Assembly: GCA_041659685.1 (NCBI GenBank)
Contig: JBAZXV010000001.1
Location: 97,616-161,615 of the forward strand
Direction: 5' to 3'
DNA: 64,000 nucleotides
DNA from: Parcubacteria group bacterium
GTDB lineage: Bacteria > Patescibacteriota > Minisyncoccia > Moranbacterales > UBA11712
The translations under genes were made by a program, and so were the position numbers. Positions 47,128 through 56,779 of the stretch are shown piece by piece (position 1 is the first letter of the stretch; each line of letters begins with the position of its first letter). A model generated the notes under the pieces. It had not been told where the DNA came from. It searched no databases and worked only from the letters and a program-made list of their open reading frames with translations.

Positions 47128-48546
47128 CTATATATTATTTCTTTTCTTAAGAAGCACAAAAAAAGTTTTGAAAAGTATTTCTATGTCAAGCCAGAGAGAC
47201 CAGTTTTCGATGTAATATATATCAAGACGGGCTTCGTCGGAAAAAGAGAGGTCGGAGCGTCCGGAAACCTGAGCCAGTCCCGTTACTCCCGGCTTTATGG
47301 AAAGCGTTCTTTTTTGCCAAGTTTCATACCTTTCCACTTCCCTGGGTTGATGCGGCCTGGGCCCGACAAGGCTCATATTGCCCACCAAAACATTTAAAAG
47401 CTGGGGAAGTTCGTCAATTGACAAAGCTTCAATAATCCTCCCGATTCTTGTTTTTCTAGGATCGCTTTTAATTTTATATACAGGACCCTTTCTCACGCTT
47501 TGTTTGTTTATCAGGTCATTTTCATAATCCATGGCCTTTTTGACATTCGGGTTTTGCCTGCTTGTGCAGTATTCCAGCTTCATATACCGGAATTTCAGCA
47601 GATTGAAATTTCCGTCATGGCTGACACGTTCATTTTTGAATATGATGGGCCCGCGGGAATCCAGTTTTATGGCAATGGCCGTGAGAAGCATCAAGGGAGA
47701 TAATAAAATTATACCAAGCGCGGATCCTGCTATGTCGAAAATTCTTTTGAGTATTTTTCCCCATCCGTCCAAAGGAGTGTTTTTTATTTCTATAATAGGC
47801 TCATCAAAAAGGACTTTGACTTCGAAATTTGTGCTGACGGACTGCAGTATAGCGGGAATAAATTTAAATTCTATGCGATTTCTGTGGCAAAAATCACTGA
47901 CTTCGCGAAGTTGAGGCATGGAAATATCGGGAGCGCACACTAGTATCTCATCAAGCCCTTTTCCCTGAAAAATCAAACGAAGCGAGTCCATGTTAATTTT
48001 ATCTTCTTCGGCAATTATTTTGTATCCAAGTTCGGGATGATTCTTAAAATTTTTGGAGACAAGCTGGCAATAATTTCCCTTTCCGATAAGAGCCAAACGA
48101 TGAACGCCGATGCCCCTGTATATCAGAAGGAGCTTCTGAATAAAACTTATGGCGTAGCGCGCAATAGCGATGAGTGTTATCGCTGTCAGCCAGGCAGAAA
48201 GGATGACAAAGCGGGAAGAAAACCACTCCCTGCGAAGGAAAATAGCGAGAATTATGACCGTGACGCCGACTGTCACTGAAAATAAAATCTTTATGAATTC
48301 CTTCCAAAAAGTTCTGGTGGCTTTGAGCGCGTACAGTCCTTCAAGCGCAAAGATTAAAATAAAAAAAGGCGCTATGAAAAGCACCACTCGCATATAGTCA
48401 TTAAAGGGAAAATCAAATAAAACAGGCTTCAACTCCAAAACCTCAGGCGTAAACCGGAGCCAATAAGCCAAAACGGCGGATACTAAAATCATCAGAAAAT
48501 CGACCACAACCAGGAGCATTCCGAAGAAGAGTTCTGATTTTTTCAT
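47128..48546 (-). CDS. Priming undecaprenyl-phosphate sugar phosphotransferase (WcaJ/WbaP-like)
   Basis: KRIFD, DPR, DELPQL.NV..GNMSLVGPRP and KPGVTGLAQ. Confidence 0.93.
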   Translation of the reverse strand: MKKSELFFGMLLVVVDFLMILVSAVLAYWLRFTPEVLELKPVLFDFPFNDYMRVVLFIAPFFILIFALEGLYALKATRTFWKEFIKILFSVTVGVTVIILAIFLRREWFSSRFVILSAWLTAITLIAIARYAISFIQKLLLIYRGIGVHRLALIGKGNYCQLVSKNFKNHPELGYKIIAEEDKINMDSLRLIFQGKGLDEILVCAPDISMPQLREVSDFCHRNRIEFKFIPAILQSVSTNFEVKVLFDEPIIEIKNTPLDGWGKILKRIFDIAGSALGIILLSPLMLLTAIAIKLDSRGPIIFKNERVSHDGNFNLLKFRYMKLEYCTSRQNPNVKKAMDYENDLINKQSVRKGPVYKIKSDPRKTRIGRIIEALSIDELPQLLNVLVGNMSLVGPRPHQPREVERYETWQKRTLSIKPGVTGLAQVSGRSDLSFSDEARLDIYYIENWSLWLDIEILFKTFFVLLKKRNNI

Positions 48547-48634
48547 GTGAGTGCGGAGATCGCCGATACCTAAGCAAACGATTCGGATGGAGCGCGATCA
48601 TTACTATATTAAGCTCTAGACGATTTGTAATTTT

Positions 48635-49087
48635 TAGTCAGGGCCTGTAAGCCGGATTCTGTCGGGGATAATCATTTATCTAGCTCTGACGTTGCCGTCA
48701 GAGTCGAGCGTCTTTCCAGTCCCAGTTTTTGACGACATCCGTCCGCACCCCTCTTTGGTCGCGCGACCGGATCTCCCGAAATCAAAAATTGGAACTGGAT
48801 TCAGACTTGCACCGGGCAGGGTTTACCAAGCTCAGGCTGTTGCCAGCCGTCTAGAATCGAAGCTCTATGTCCCGCAAAACGGAACAATAACACCGATTCT
48901 CTTTTCACCTTTCATCCCGCCGAGGCGGAATTTGTATTGTCTCTGTGGCACTTTCCCTGAACACATTTCGCAATGCATTCGGTGGGTGTTATCCATTGCC
49001 CTTTTTGCCGGCAGAATAAGCCGGCAGGTGTCCGGACTTTCCTCCCCGCCTCTCAAGAGAGACTGAGCGATTATCCAGCCCTAACTA
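48635..49087 (-). ncRNA. rnpB: RNase P RNA
   Basis: GAGGAAAGTCCGG, AGTGCCACAGA, GGTGAAA, GGTAAACCC, AGATAAATGAT and ACAGAATCCGGCTTA; P1 is TAGTTAGGGC/GCCCTGACTA. Confidence 0.95.
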
Positions 49088-49094
49088 ACTAAAT

Positions 49095-49123
49095 ATTGTA
49101 TATGATATTATTCAATTTGTCAA
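49095..49123 (-). promoter_or_regulatory. rnpB promoter
   Basis: TTGACA-17 bp-TACAAT ending 7 nt upstream of P1. Confidence 0.8.
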
Positions 49124-49177
49124 GAGAAAAAACGGATTATAGGCCTTTATTTAAGCCAATATTAACCGCCCAATTCC

Positions 49178-49615
49178 TTAAAACATGCGACTTTGGGCCC
49201 GCGTTGCCTCGTCAAGCGCCAGATTGGCCAGATGATCAGCCTCGGAATTTTTAGCCCTTGGTATATGAAAATATCTTACCTCCTTGAAATCAATGGATAA
49301 ATTCCAAATCTGCAAGAAAAATTTTTGGGTATTTTCTTCGCTTATCTTATATTCGTGGTTCATTTGCTTAACAACCAGTTCGCTGTCGAGATAGCAATCA
49401 ATATCAAGTGTTTTTGATTTTGTTTTTCCATAAAGAAGTTTTATTTTTTGAAGCGCAAAAATCAAGGCTTTATATTCGGCTTCATTATTGGTGGCATAAC
49501 CGATAAATTCACGGTAAGTTTTTTTCTCTCCGCCGGATTCTATTACTACGCCAATAGCGGAAGGACCGGGATTGCCTCGCGCCGCGCCGTCGGAAAATGT
49601 CTTGATTTTATCCAT
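49178..49615 (-). CDS. rnhA: Ribonuclease HI (archaeal/YpdQ-like type)
   Basis: DGAARGNPG, TNNEAEY, DSELV and N..AD.LAN. Confidence 0.9.
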   Translation of the reverse strand: MDKIKTFSDGAARGNPGPSAIGVVIESGGEKKTYREFIGYATNNEAEYKALIFALQKIKLLYGKTKSKTLDIDCYLDSELVVKQMNHEYKISEENTQKFFLQIWNLSIDFKEVRYFHIPRAKNSEADHLANLALDEATRAQSRMF

Positions 49616-49638
49616 ATTATTGGTTTTTATGCTTGATA

Positions 49639-51342
49639 TTATTCCTCCTTTTTGAGATCGATTATATTAAGATCAAGTTTGCGATTGCCGTTCCAGGTGT
49701 TCGATCTCAGGTTATAAACAACCGAAACATCGCTTCCCTCCTCAATGCTTGAAAAATAATCCCCTCCTTTGAAAAATATCCCGCTGATAATTTTGGCTCC
49801 TCCATTGACCTCAAAAACAAACTTAATATGCTTTTGTCCGTTCCCCACCAGCTTCGCCTCCAAAATTTTCATGCCGCGCGAAAGAAGAATCGGCTCCCGG
49901 TTTCCTTCGCCAAAAGGCTCCAGCTTTGTTATATCGGAAAAAATATCCCAGTCTATTTCGTCGGCAGGCAGTTCGGCATCAATATTTATTCTTTTCCCCC
50001 ATTTATCTTCATCATATTCTTTTTCGATTATCCCGGCTAATTTCTTTTCAAACTCCTCGATATTTCCAGGTTTTATTTTAAGGCCCATGGCTTGCGAATG
50101 TCCTCCGAATTTTTCGATAAGATTGTCGAGCTGGCTTACCGCCGAAAATATATTAAACGCTTCAACACTTCGTCCCGATCCCTGAATAATTTCATCGCTT
50201 TCACGAAGAATAAAAACGGGACAACGATACTCGTCGGTGATTCTTCCGGCTACAATCCCCAAGATTCCAATCGGCCAATGCCGTCCTTTGCGTATTATTA
50301 ATTTATAATTCTCATCTGGTTTCAATGTTTCCTTAATTTCTGCCAAAATTTGTTGGGTAATTTTTTGTCTTTCGCAATTTTTACTTTCGATTTCGAGAGC
50401 GGCTATTCGAGCCTTGACCTGATCTTTTTCAATGAGCAAATTAAGCGCCAGATCGGCATGGTCCATCCGGCCGGCCGCATTAAAGCGAGGACCGATCTGA
50501 TAGGCAACATTTTCAACATTGGGAGGATTCTTTTCGTTGATGTTAAGCCGGGCAGTTTTGATTATTTCCTGGACTCCGAGCCTCTTGGTTTTTTGAAGAA
50601 CTATAAGGCCGAATTTGGCAAAGATCCTGTTTTCGTCAACAAGCGGGACGCAATCGGCTATAGTTCCGATAGCCACGAGATCTAAAAACCATTTCAGGAA
50701 AGGCTTTTTTTTCGGTATCATTTCTTCCCATAATGCCTCCACAAATTTGAAAACCACTCCCACTCCGGCAAGTTCCTTAAAGGGATATTTCTGATTGGGG
50801 AGCTTCGGATTGATTAAGATGCATTTTTTGGGAACATCTTTGGGAATGGAATGATGGTCAATCACGATCACATCCATTCCTTTTTCTCCCGCATACTTAA
50901 TTTCCTCCACATTTGAAGTCCCGCAGTCAACGGTAATCAAGAGATCGGCGTCATATTCGGATTTGATAAAATCAAGAGCCTTATTATTCAGCCCGTACCC
51001 TTCTTTATTTCTGTCGGGAATATATGAGTCTGCCCTTAATCCCACGGCCTGCAGAGCTTCTTTTAAAATGGCTGTCGAAGTTATGCCATCAGCATCGTAA
51101 TCGCCATAAATCACCAGTCTTTCTTTTTTTTGATTGCTTATTTTTATCCTTTCCACCGCCTCATCCACTCCTTTCAAATCATGAGGAGAGTGAAGATGTT
51201 CGTAACGGGATTCAAGGAACTTTTTGACACTTTCCTCCGACGAAAACCCCCTCTGGACGAGGAGTTTTAAGATAACCGGGTTTAGGGGTAAAGATATTAG
51301 CTCCTCCGGAATCTGCGGAGGCAAAATTTGAGACCATTTCAT
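49639..51342 (-). CDS. recJ: ssDNA exonuclease RecJ
   Basis: GDYDADG, TVDCG, DHH, PRFNAAGR, GSGRS and GGH; likely start MKW. Confidence 0.96.
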   Translation of the reverse strand: MKWSQILPPQIPEELISLPLNPVILKLLVQRGFSSEESVKKFLESRYEHLHSPHDLKGVDEAVERIKISNQKKERLVIYGDYDADGITSTAILKEALQAVGLRADSYIPDRNKEGYGLNNKALDFIKSEYDADLLITVDCGTSNVEEIKYAGEKGMDVIVIDHHSIPKDVPKKCILINPKLPNQKYPFKELAGVGVVFKFVEALWEEMIPKKKPFLKWFLDLVAIGTIADCVPLVDENRIFAKFGLIVLQKTKRLGVQEIIKTARLNINEKNPPNVENVAYQIGPRFNAAGRMDHADLALNLLIEKDQVKARIAALEIESKNCERQKITQQILAEIKETLKPDENYKLIIRKGRHWPIGILGIVAGRITDEYRCPVFILRESDEIIQGSGRSVEAFNIFSAVSQLDNLIEKFGGHSQAMGLKIKPGNIEEFEKKLAGIIEKEYDEDKWGKRINIDAELPADEIDWDIFSDITKLEPFGEGNREPILLSRGMKILEAKLVGNGQKHIKFVFEVNGGAKIISGIFFKGGDYFSSIEEGSDVSVVYNLRSNTWNGNRKLDLNIIDLKKEE

Positions 51343-51368
51343 TAATTGAAAAGACAATTTACGGTTAA

Positions 51369-51935
51369 TTAGCGGGAATAATCGCACTTAGGACATCTTA
51401 ATTTACCGTCAAAGCCCTGCCCTTCCTTTTTCTCTGAAATTTCAAGAATCATTTTTTCGTTGCAGGATGGACAGCTGAAATTTTCATTCCCGATCAGCTT
51501 TCCAAGGCGAGGCGCATCCCAGGCATACGGATCAAAACTTAGTTTAAATGAACTGCCGGCGTCGGTGAGGCTCTTAACCTTGCCGACAATTTCGTTGGGG
51601 GTCATTGTCCCCTGGACGATGAAATTAGTTATCCCCATCTCTTCGGCCTTTTTTCGATCCTCTTCCCGGCCGAGATGGGAAAGGATAACAATCGGAATAT
51701 TAGCTGTCTGGACATTTTCCCTTAAAGCCTTAATAAGCTGGAATCCGTCCATTCTTGGCATTATGATTCCCGTCATTATTACGTCGGGTATATCCTTAGT
51801 GGCAAAATCAAGCCCTTCCACGCCGTCTTTGGCGCTTATTACTTCGGCATTTTTTTGCTTGAATATTTGGACGTATGTCTCTCTGACTATATCATCGTCA
51901 TCCACGATTAATATCTTGTAGGTGCCTTCTGACAT
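51369..51935 (-). CDS. Receiver-domain protein with a C-terminal zinc ribbon
   Basis: ILIVDDD, MPRMDG, IPIVILS; CPSC...CPKC. Confidence 0.85.
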   Translation of the reverse strand: MSEGTYKILIVDDDDIVRETYVQIFKQKNAEVISAKDGVEGLDFATKDIPDVIMTGIIMPRMDGFQLIKALRENVQTANIPIVILSHLGREEDRKKAEEMGITNFIVQGTMTPNEIVGKVKSLTDAGSSFKLSFDPYAWDAPRLGKLIGNENFSCPSCNEKMILEISEKKEGQGFDGKLRCPKCDYSR

Positions 51936-52004
51936 AAATTTTACTCGAGTCTGCCATAAAAGCTTCCGGCGCTGCGATAAATTACGGGCTCTTAAAACGG
52001 ACTC

Positions 52005-54128
52005 TTATTTATTAACATAAACTTTTGCATCCAGAATTTGGCACTTTTGCCCATTATTATATATCATGACCGGATTGATATCAATTTCATAAACATTCGG
52101 ATTCTCGCTGGCAATTCTTTGAAGAGCGACTATGAGAATGGAAATTTCGTCCAAATTATATCCTTTGCCGCCGCGATATCCTTTTAGCATCGGATAAATC
52201 TTCAGTCCTTTCAGATCTTCTTTGATTTCGGCAGGAGTAAGGGGAGGTGCAAGAATTACCCTGTCTCTGAATAACTCAGTAAACGATCCGCCCAAACCGC
52301 AAACAATAATTGGACCGAAGAAAGGATCTCTTTTCAAACCAAGAATTATTTCAAGTCCCGGCTTTGCCATTGATTGAACCAAAAAATGGCTGGCTCCGGT
52401 TGATTTTTTCATTCTCTTCAGAGAGTTCCTGAATTCATTTTTGCTTTTTAGATTGAGAATAACGGCGTTCTTGTCCAGCCTGTGCGCAATGCTTGGTTCG
52501 TCGGTTTTAAGAGCCCAGGGAAATGGCAATTTGATGGAGGCAGTATTCATTTTGTCGTTGACCTGACGAGAGGATGCCAGGTTAATACCGTAAGCTCTGA
52601 ACATTTTTTCGGCTTCATCCCAAAAAAGCATTTTTCTCTTTTGCTGGAGGGCGGAATTCAGGATTGAGTTGGTTTTCAGCTTCAAATTAATGGCTTTTCC
52701 CGGCATGGCGAAAAAATTTTTATTCTTGCTGTTGCTGTAAAAAATTAACTTTTCAATCGCCATAAGGGCCCGCTCGGGCGTTTCAAAATTAGCGACCCCG
52801 TTTTGATGAAGTTTTTCCATGGCTTTTTTAATTTTGGCTCCGCCCATGAAACAAGTTGTCAGTACGGGAAATTTATTCTTAAAAGAACAAACTATGTCAG
52901 CGACTTTTTCCGGATTTGTCTGAGATTGAGGCGTTAGGATAATCAGAACGGGACAAGAAGGACAGTTTGCCGAAATTTTTTTGAGTATTTTTTCGAATCT
53001 TTCCGGAGGCGCATCTCCTATGACATCGACAGGGTTCTCAACGGAAGCGCTTTCCGGAAGATCTTTTTTCAGATTTGTTTTGAAAGATTTTGAAAAATTA
53101 TAGAGCCTTATTTTTTTTGACCGGCCGATATAATCCGCGCTCAAAACTCCCGGACCGCCGGCGTTGGTTATTACAATAATTTCATTTTTCTGCGGAATGG
53201 AATCGGAACTGCAATACAGTATCAGATCCTGAAGCTCGGCAATGTCATTCGCTTCTATCGCGCCTATTTTTCTGAAAATAGCCGAAATAATTGCGTCATC
53301 CTGGGCGAGAGAACCGGTATGGGAGGATATCGCTTTTTGTCCGGCGCTATTTTTTCCCGCCTTAAGGATGAAAACCGGCTTCTTTTTTATGATTCTATTC
53401 ATTGAATCAATAAACTCCGGCCCGTTCTTTATATCTTCAAGATACAGAGCCACTGCCTTTGTTGACTTGTCGTTTGTCAGATAATCCAGTATATCGGCCT
53501 CATTCAAAACCGATTTATTGCCTATTGATATAACTTTCGAAAAGCCAAGCGACATATTTTCGGTCCAGTCGAGAAGGGCGACGCCAAGAGCTCCGGACTG
53601 AGAAATAATTGCGACTTTTCCCGGCCTGAATTTTCCGGAAAATGAATTCTTTCCTTTCGATTTCGCATCAAAAAAAGGCTGAGTAAAGCTGGCGTTAAGC
53701 TTCTTTTCAGGATTGATAAATCCCAGACAATTTGGGCCCAAAACATTAAGCTTTAATTTTTCCGACAGCTCAACGATTTCATTTTCGCGCTTCCCGCCCT
53801 CCTTTCCCGTTTCCTTAAAGCCTGCCGATATTACTATAAAATTTTCCATTTTAGGGTTTGATTCCGCTCCATCCATAATGATACTCCGGACAAATTGAGC
53901 CGGTACGGCAATTATAACCAGGTCAACCTTCTTTCCTATTTCACTTAACGTTGAATAGCATCTGAGACTGCCGATCTTCTTGTGGCTTGGATTTACAGGA
54001 TAAATTTTTCCTTTCCATCCTCCCGAACGGATATTTTTAAGAAAAACACTGCCCATTTTCCCTTTATGGGAAGAGGCGCCGACAATCGCAATTGAGGAAG
54101 GATTGAAAAATGTATTTAAATTTCTCAT
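52005..54128 (-). CDS. ADP-forming acetate-CoA ligase (fused alpha/beta)
   Basis: IAIVGAS, GPNCLG, SQSGA, SHTGSLA (phospho-His), NAGG, NPVD and DINP. Confidence 0.92.
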   Translation of the reverse strand: MRNLNTFFNPSSIAIVGASSHKGKMGSVFLKNIRSGGWKGKIYPVNPSHKKIGSLRCYSTLSEIGKKVDLVIIAVPAQFVRSIIMDGAESNPKMENFIVISAGFKETGKEGGKRENEIVELSEKLKLNVLGPNCLGFINPEKKLNASFTQPFFDAKSKGKNSFSGKFRPGKVAIISQSGALGVALLDWTENMSLGFSKVISIGNKSVLNEADILDYLTNDKSTKAVALYLEDIKNGPEFIDSMNRIIKKKPVFILKAGKNSAGQKAISSHTGSLAQDDAIISAIFRKIGAIEANDIAELQDLILYCSSDSIPQKNEIIVITNAGGPGVLSADYIGRSKKIRLYNFSKSFKTNLKKDLPESASVENPVDVIGDAPPERFEKILKKISANCPSCPVLIILTPQSQTNPEKVADIVCSFKNKFPVLTTCFMGGAKIKKAMEKLHQNGVANFETPERALMAIEKLIFYSNSKNKNFFAMPGKAINLKLKTNSILNSALQQKRKMLFWDEAEKMFRAYGINLASSRQVNDKMNTASIKLPFPWALKTDEPSIAHRLDKNAVILNLKSKNEFRNSLKRMKKSTGASHFLVQSMAKPGLEIILGLKRDPFFGPIIVCGLGGSFTELFRDRVILAPPLTPAEIKEDLKGLKIYPMLKGYRGGKGYNLDEISILIVALQRIASENPNVYEIDINPVMIYNNGQKCQILDAKVYVNK

Positions 54129-54143
54129 TCTTATTTTTGCCTG

Positions 54144-55133
54144 TTAATTTTGAAGCCTCTTTACCTTCACGGACTTTAGCTGTTTTACAATTTCATTTTT
54201 TTTCAGCAAACCTTTGGTGATGCCGGGATAGCGGACAACGCTGGCACCGTTGATAATGCCGGCCTTGAGGCACTCTTCAAGCCTATGTCCCTTTATAAAA
54301 TAGCCCAGGAATCCCCCCGCAAACGCGTCACCGGCGCCAGTCGTATCGACTGATTTCACCTTTATGACGGGAGCGAACAAAAACTGGGAATCGTCGCTGG
54401 CCCACGCGCCATTCAAACCGTCCGTCACTACAATAATTTTGGGTCCGAGATTCCTGATTAATTCAATAAGTCCGGCGATGTCGAATTTCTTTGATTTCGC
54501 ATTTACGGCTATTTCAACAGCCTCATTGCGATTCAATATGATGATTTCCGACCCTTTCAGAAGTTTTTTAAAATCAGAGAAATTATTTCTTATCTGGTTA
54601 GTGCTGGGCAGAAGAATTATTTTTCCCTTTTGCTTCTCAATATGAGGAATGATTCCCAAGATTTTTTTTGTCCAGGGGCCTGTCAGTGAAGAAACGGTAT
54701 AATATCTGGAAAGGGGCAGTTTTTTAAAATTTAATCCTATGTGGCCGGAATCATGATTATAAAAAATCACTCTTTCTCCCGTTTTTTTATCGACTACTAT
54801 AATCGAAAGAGATAGCTTTTGAGGAATAACCGGAGAGATAAACGACACATCAACCCCGTTTTTTTTCAATTCTCCGGCAACCCATTCATAATTTCCGGGA
54901 ATCGAGGACACAAGAGTTGACTTGAGGCCTAATTTTCGGGTACCCACGGAAAGACTTGAGGCAACCCCTCCCAGGCATTCGTATTCCTCGTCCACGCATA
55001 TTTTTTCGCCCAGCTCAAAACCGAGCCATTCCTGAGCCAGTTTGTCTTTTGGCGTATGAAAAATTTTCCCCCTGTCCGAGAGAAGAAATATATCCTTCAT
55101 GGCAGAACCGATGGAAACTATGTCAAATTTCAT
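54144..55133 (-). CDS. PfkB-family carbohydrate kinase
   Basis: N..EA, VTDG..GA and DTTGAGDAF. Confidence 0.9.
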   Translation of the reverse strand: MKFDIVSIGSAMKDIFLLSDRGKIFHTPKDKLAQEWLGFELGEKICVDEEYECLGGVASSLSVGTRKLGLKSTLVSSIPGNYEWVAGELKKNGVDVSFISPVIPQKLSLSIIVVDKKTGERVIFYNHDSGHIGLNFKKLPLSRYYTVSSLTGPWTKKILGIIPHIEKQKGKIILLPSTNQIRNNFSDFKKLLKGSEIIILNRNEAVEIAVNAKSKKFDIAGLIELIRNLGPKIIVVTDGLNGAWASDDSQFLFAPVIKVKSVDTTGAGDAFAGGFLGYFIKGHRLEECLKAGIINGASVVRYPGITKGLLKKNEIVKQLKSVKVKRLQN

Positions 55134-55141
55134 ATTTTTTA

Positions 55142-56740
55142 TTAAATCAAACTTTTTAATTCCATTTCCTTGAGTTTGTCCGTTTTCATTATATCACAAA
55201 TTGTCGGAGAAACATTCCCCAGGACTCCGCCTGATGATATCTTCTTTCCTTTCATTTTTTGATTAAATATTATAAAAGGAACGGGATTTTTCGTATGAAA
55301 AGTCATGGGCAGATTTCTTTTATTGTCCCACATGCATTCGGCATTTCCATGATCGGCCGTCAGGATAAGACTGCTCTTATCCTTTTCAACCTCCTTGAGC
55401 ATTTTTCCCAGACATTTATCGACAATTTCCACGGCTTTGACGGTGGCTTTTAAGTTTCCCGTATGTCCAACCATGTCTGCATTGGCAAAATTAACGGCGA
55501 CAAAGTCATAAATATCTTTCCGTTGAGCATTCAGTATTGTTGCGGATATTTTTTCAGCCGACATCTCCGGCTTATCGGCATAGTTCCTTATTACCGGGGA
55601 TGGAATCATCAAACGATCCTCCCCTGCAACGGCATCGGCGTAGCCGCCGTTCAGGAAATAGGTTATGTGGGCGAATTTCTCGGTTTCAGCTATATAAAGC
55701 TGGTGAAAATTTTTCAGGGCGACAGGCAAGGTGCCATTAATAGGATTGCTTATAAACGCCGTATGCACCGGAAGATCCGGGCCAAAATTTGTCATCGCAA
55801 CAAAATATAAATTTTTCAGGCGCGGCGAAGGCAGTTTTGTTTCTTCGGACTTATCAAGGACAAAAAGTTTTGTGAACTGGCGCGCGCGATCCGACCTTAG
55901 GTTGAAAAAAATAACCGCATCATTGTCCTTTATACGGGCAACAGGCGCTCCGTTTTCCGAATTAACGGAGGGCTTGATATATTCATCGGTTATGCCTTTT
56001 TTATAATTGTATTTTATTGCGTCCTCCAGGTCTTCAAATTTTTTCCCTGCTCCGTTCACCAAAAGATCATAAGCGACCTTGAGGCGGTTCCAGTTTTTAG
56101 CCCGGTCCATGGCATAAAATCTGCCCACAAGAGTGGCTATTCTGCCGACTCCGACGTTGTATATCGTCTTTTTCCATTCCGCAAGATGCTCTCTTGCGCT
56201 CATGGGATACGAGTCTCTGCCATCAGTGAAAAAATGAATAAAGACATTCTTAATATTATTTTTTTTCGCCAAAAGCAGCAGTCCTTCCAGGTGATAAGGG
56301 TTCATATGCGGACTGTCGAAATTTCCCAAAAGCCCCATAAGATGCAAATCGGAGCGGTTTTTTTTGACATGTGAAATCGCCCCCAAAAAAGCGGGGTTAT
56401 GAAAAAAGGAACCTGAATTCATGCTTTCTGATATGATTCGGGAATCTTGAATGGCAATTCGTCCCGCCCCGATATTCATGTGGCCCGTTTCCGATCCGCT
56501 TGTCTGGCGATTGTCCAATCCCACATCTGATCCCGTCGCTCCTAATTCCGTATAGGGGTAGCTATTTGCAAGATGGTCAAAAACCGGAGTTTTCGCCAGA
56601 TAGACTGCGTTAGTATCATCCTTCGGCCCTATTCCCCAACCGTCCAAAATGGCCAGAATTGTAGTTTCCTTTTTTTTCATTTCAGGCTGGTATTTATCGC
56701 CAAGTGCGCCGAGGGAAATCTCCTGTTTTAGCAGAGTCAT
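55142..56740 (-). CDS. gpmI: 2,3-BPG-independent phosphoglycerate mutase
   Basis: ILDGWG, SETGH, DGRD, GRFYAMDR, ETEK.AH, DMVGHTG and ADHGN. Confidence 0.96.
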   Translation of the reverse strand: MTLLKQEISLGALGDKYQPEMKKKETTILAILDGWGIGPKDDTNAVYLAKTPVFDHLANSYPYTELGATGSDVGLDNRQTSGSETGHMNIGAGRIAIQDSRIISESMNSGSFFHNPAFLGAISHVKKNRSDLHLMGLLGNFDSPHMNPYHLEGLLLLAKKNNIKNVFIHFFTDGRDSYPMSAREHLAEWKKTIYNVGVGRIATLVGRFYAMDRAKNWNRLKVAYDLLVNGAGKKFEDLEDAIKYNYKKGITDEYIKPSVNSENGAPVARIKDNDAVIFFNLRSDRARQFTKLFVLDKSEETKLPSPRLKNLYFVAMTNFGPDLPVHTAFISNPINGTLPVALKNFHQLYIAETEKFAHITYFLNGGYADAVAGEDRLMIPSPVIRNYADKPEMSAEKISATILNAQRKDIYDFVAVNFANADMVGHTGNLKATVKAVEIVDKCLGKMLKEVEKDKSSLILTADHGNAECMWDNKRNLPMTFHTKNPVPFIIFNQKMKGKKISSGGVLGNVSPTICDIMKTDKLKEMELKSLI

Positions 56741-56779
56741 TTACTGGCAGCCAGCGGCAACAAAGCGGCTAATTTTAAT

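Noticed and set aside
10888-49062. 15-nt identity GCCTCTCAAGAGAGA shared by the groES terminator and rnpB P3
   Set aside because: Short self-complementary hairpin with a common CUUG loop; convergence is likely
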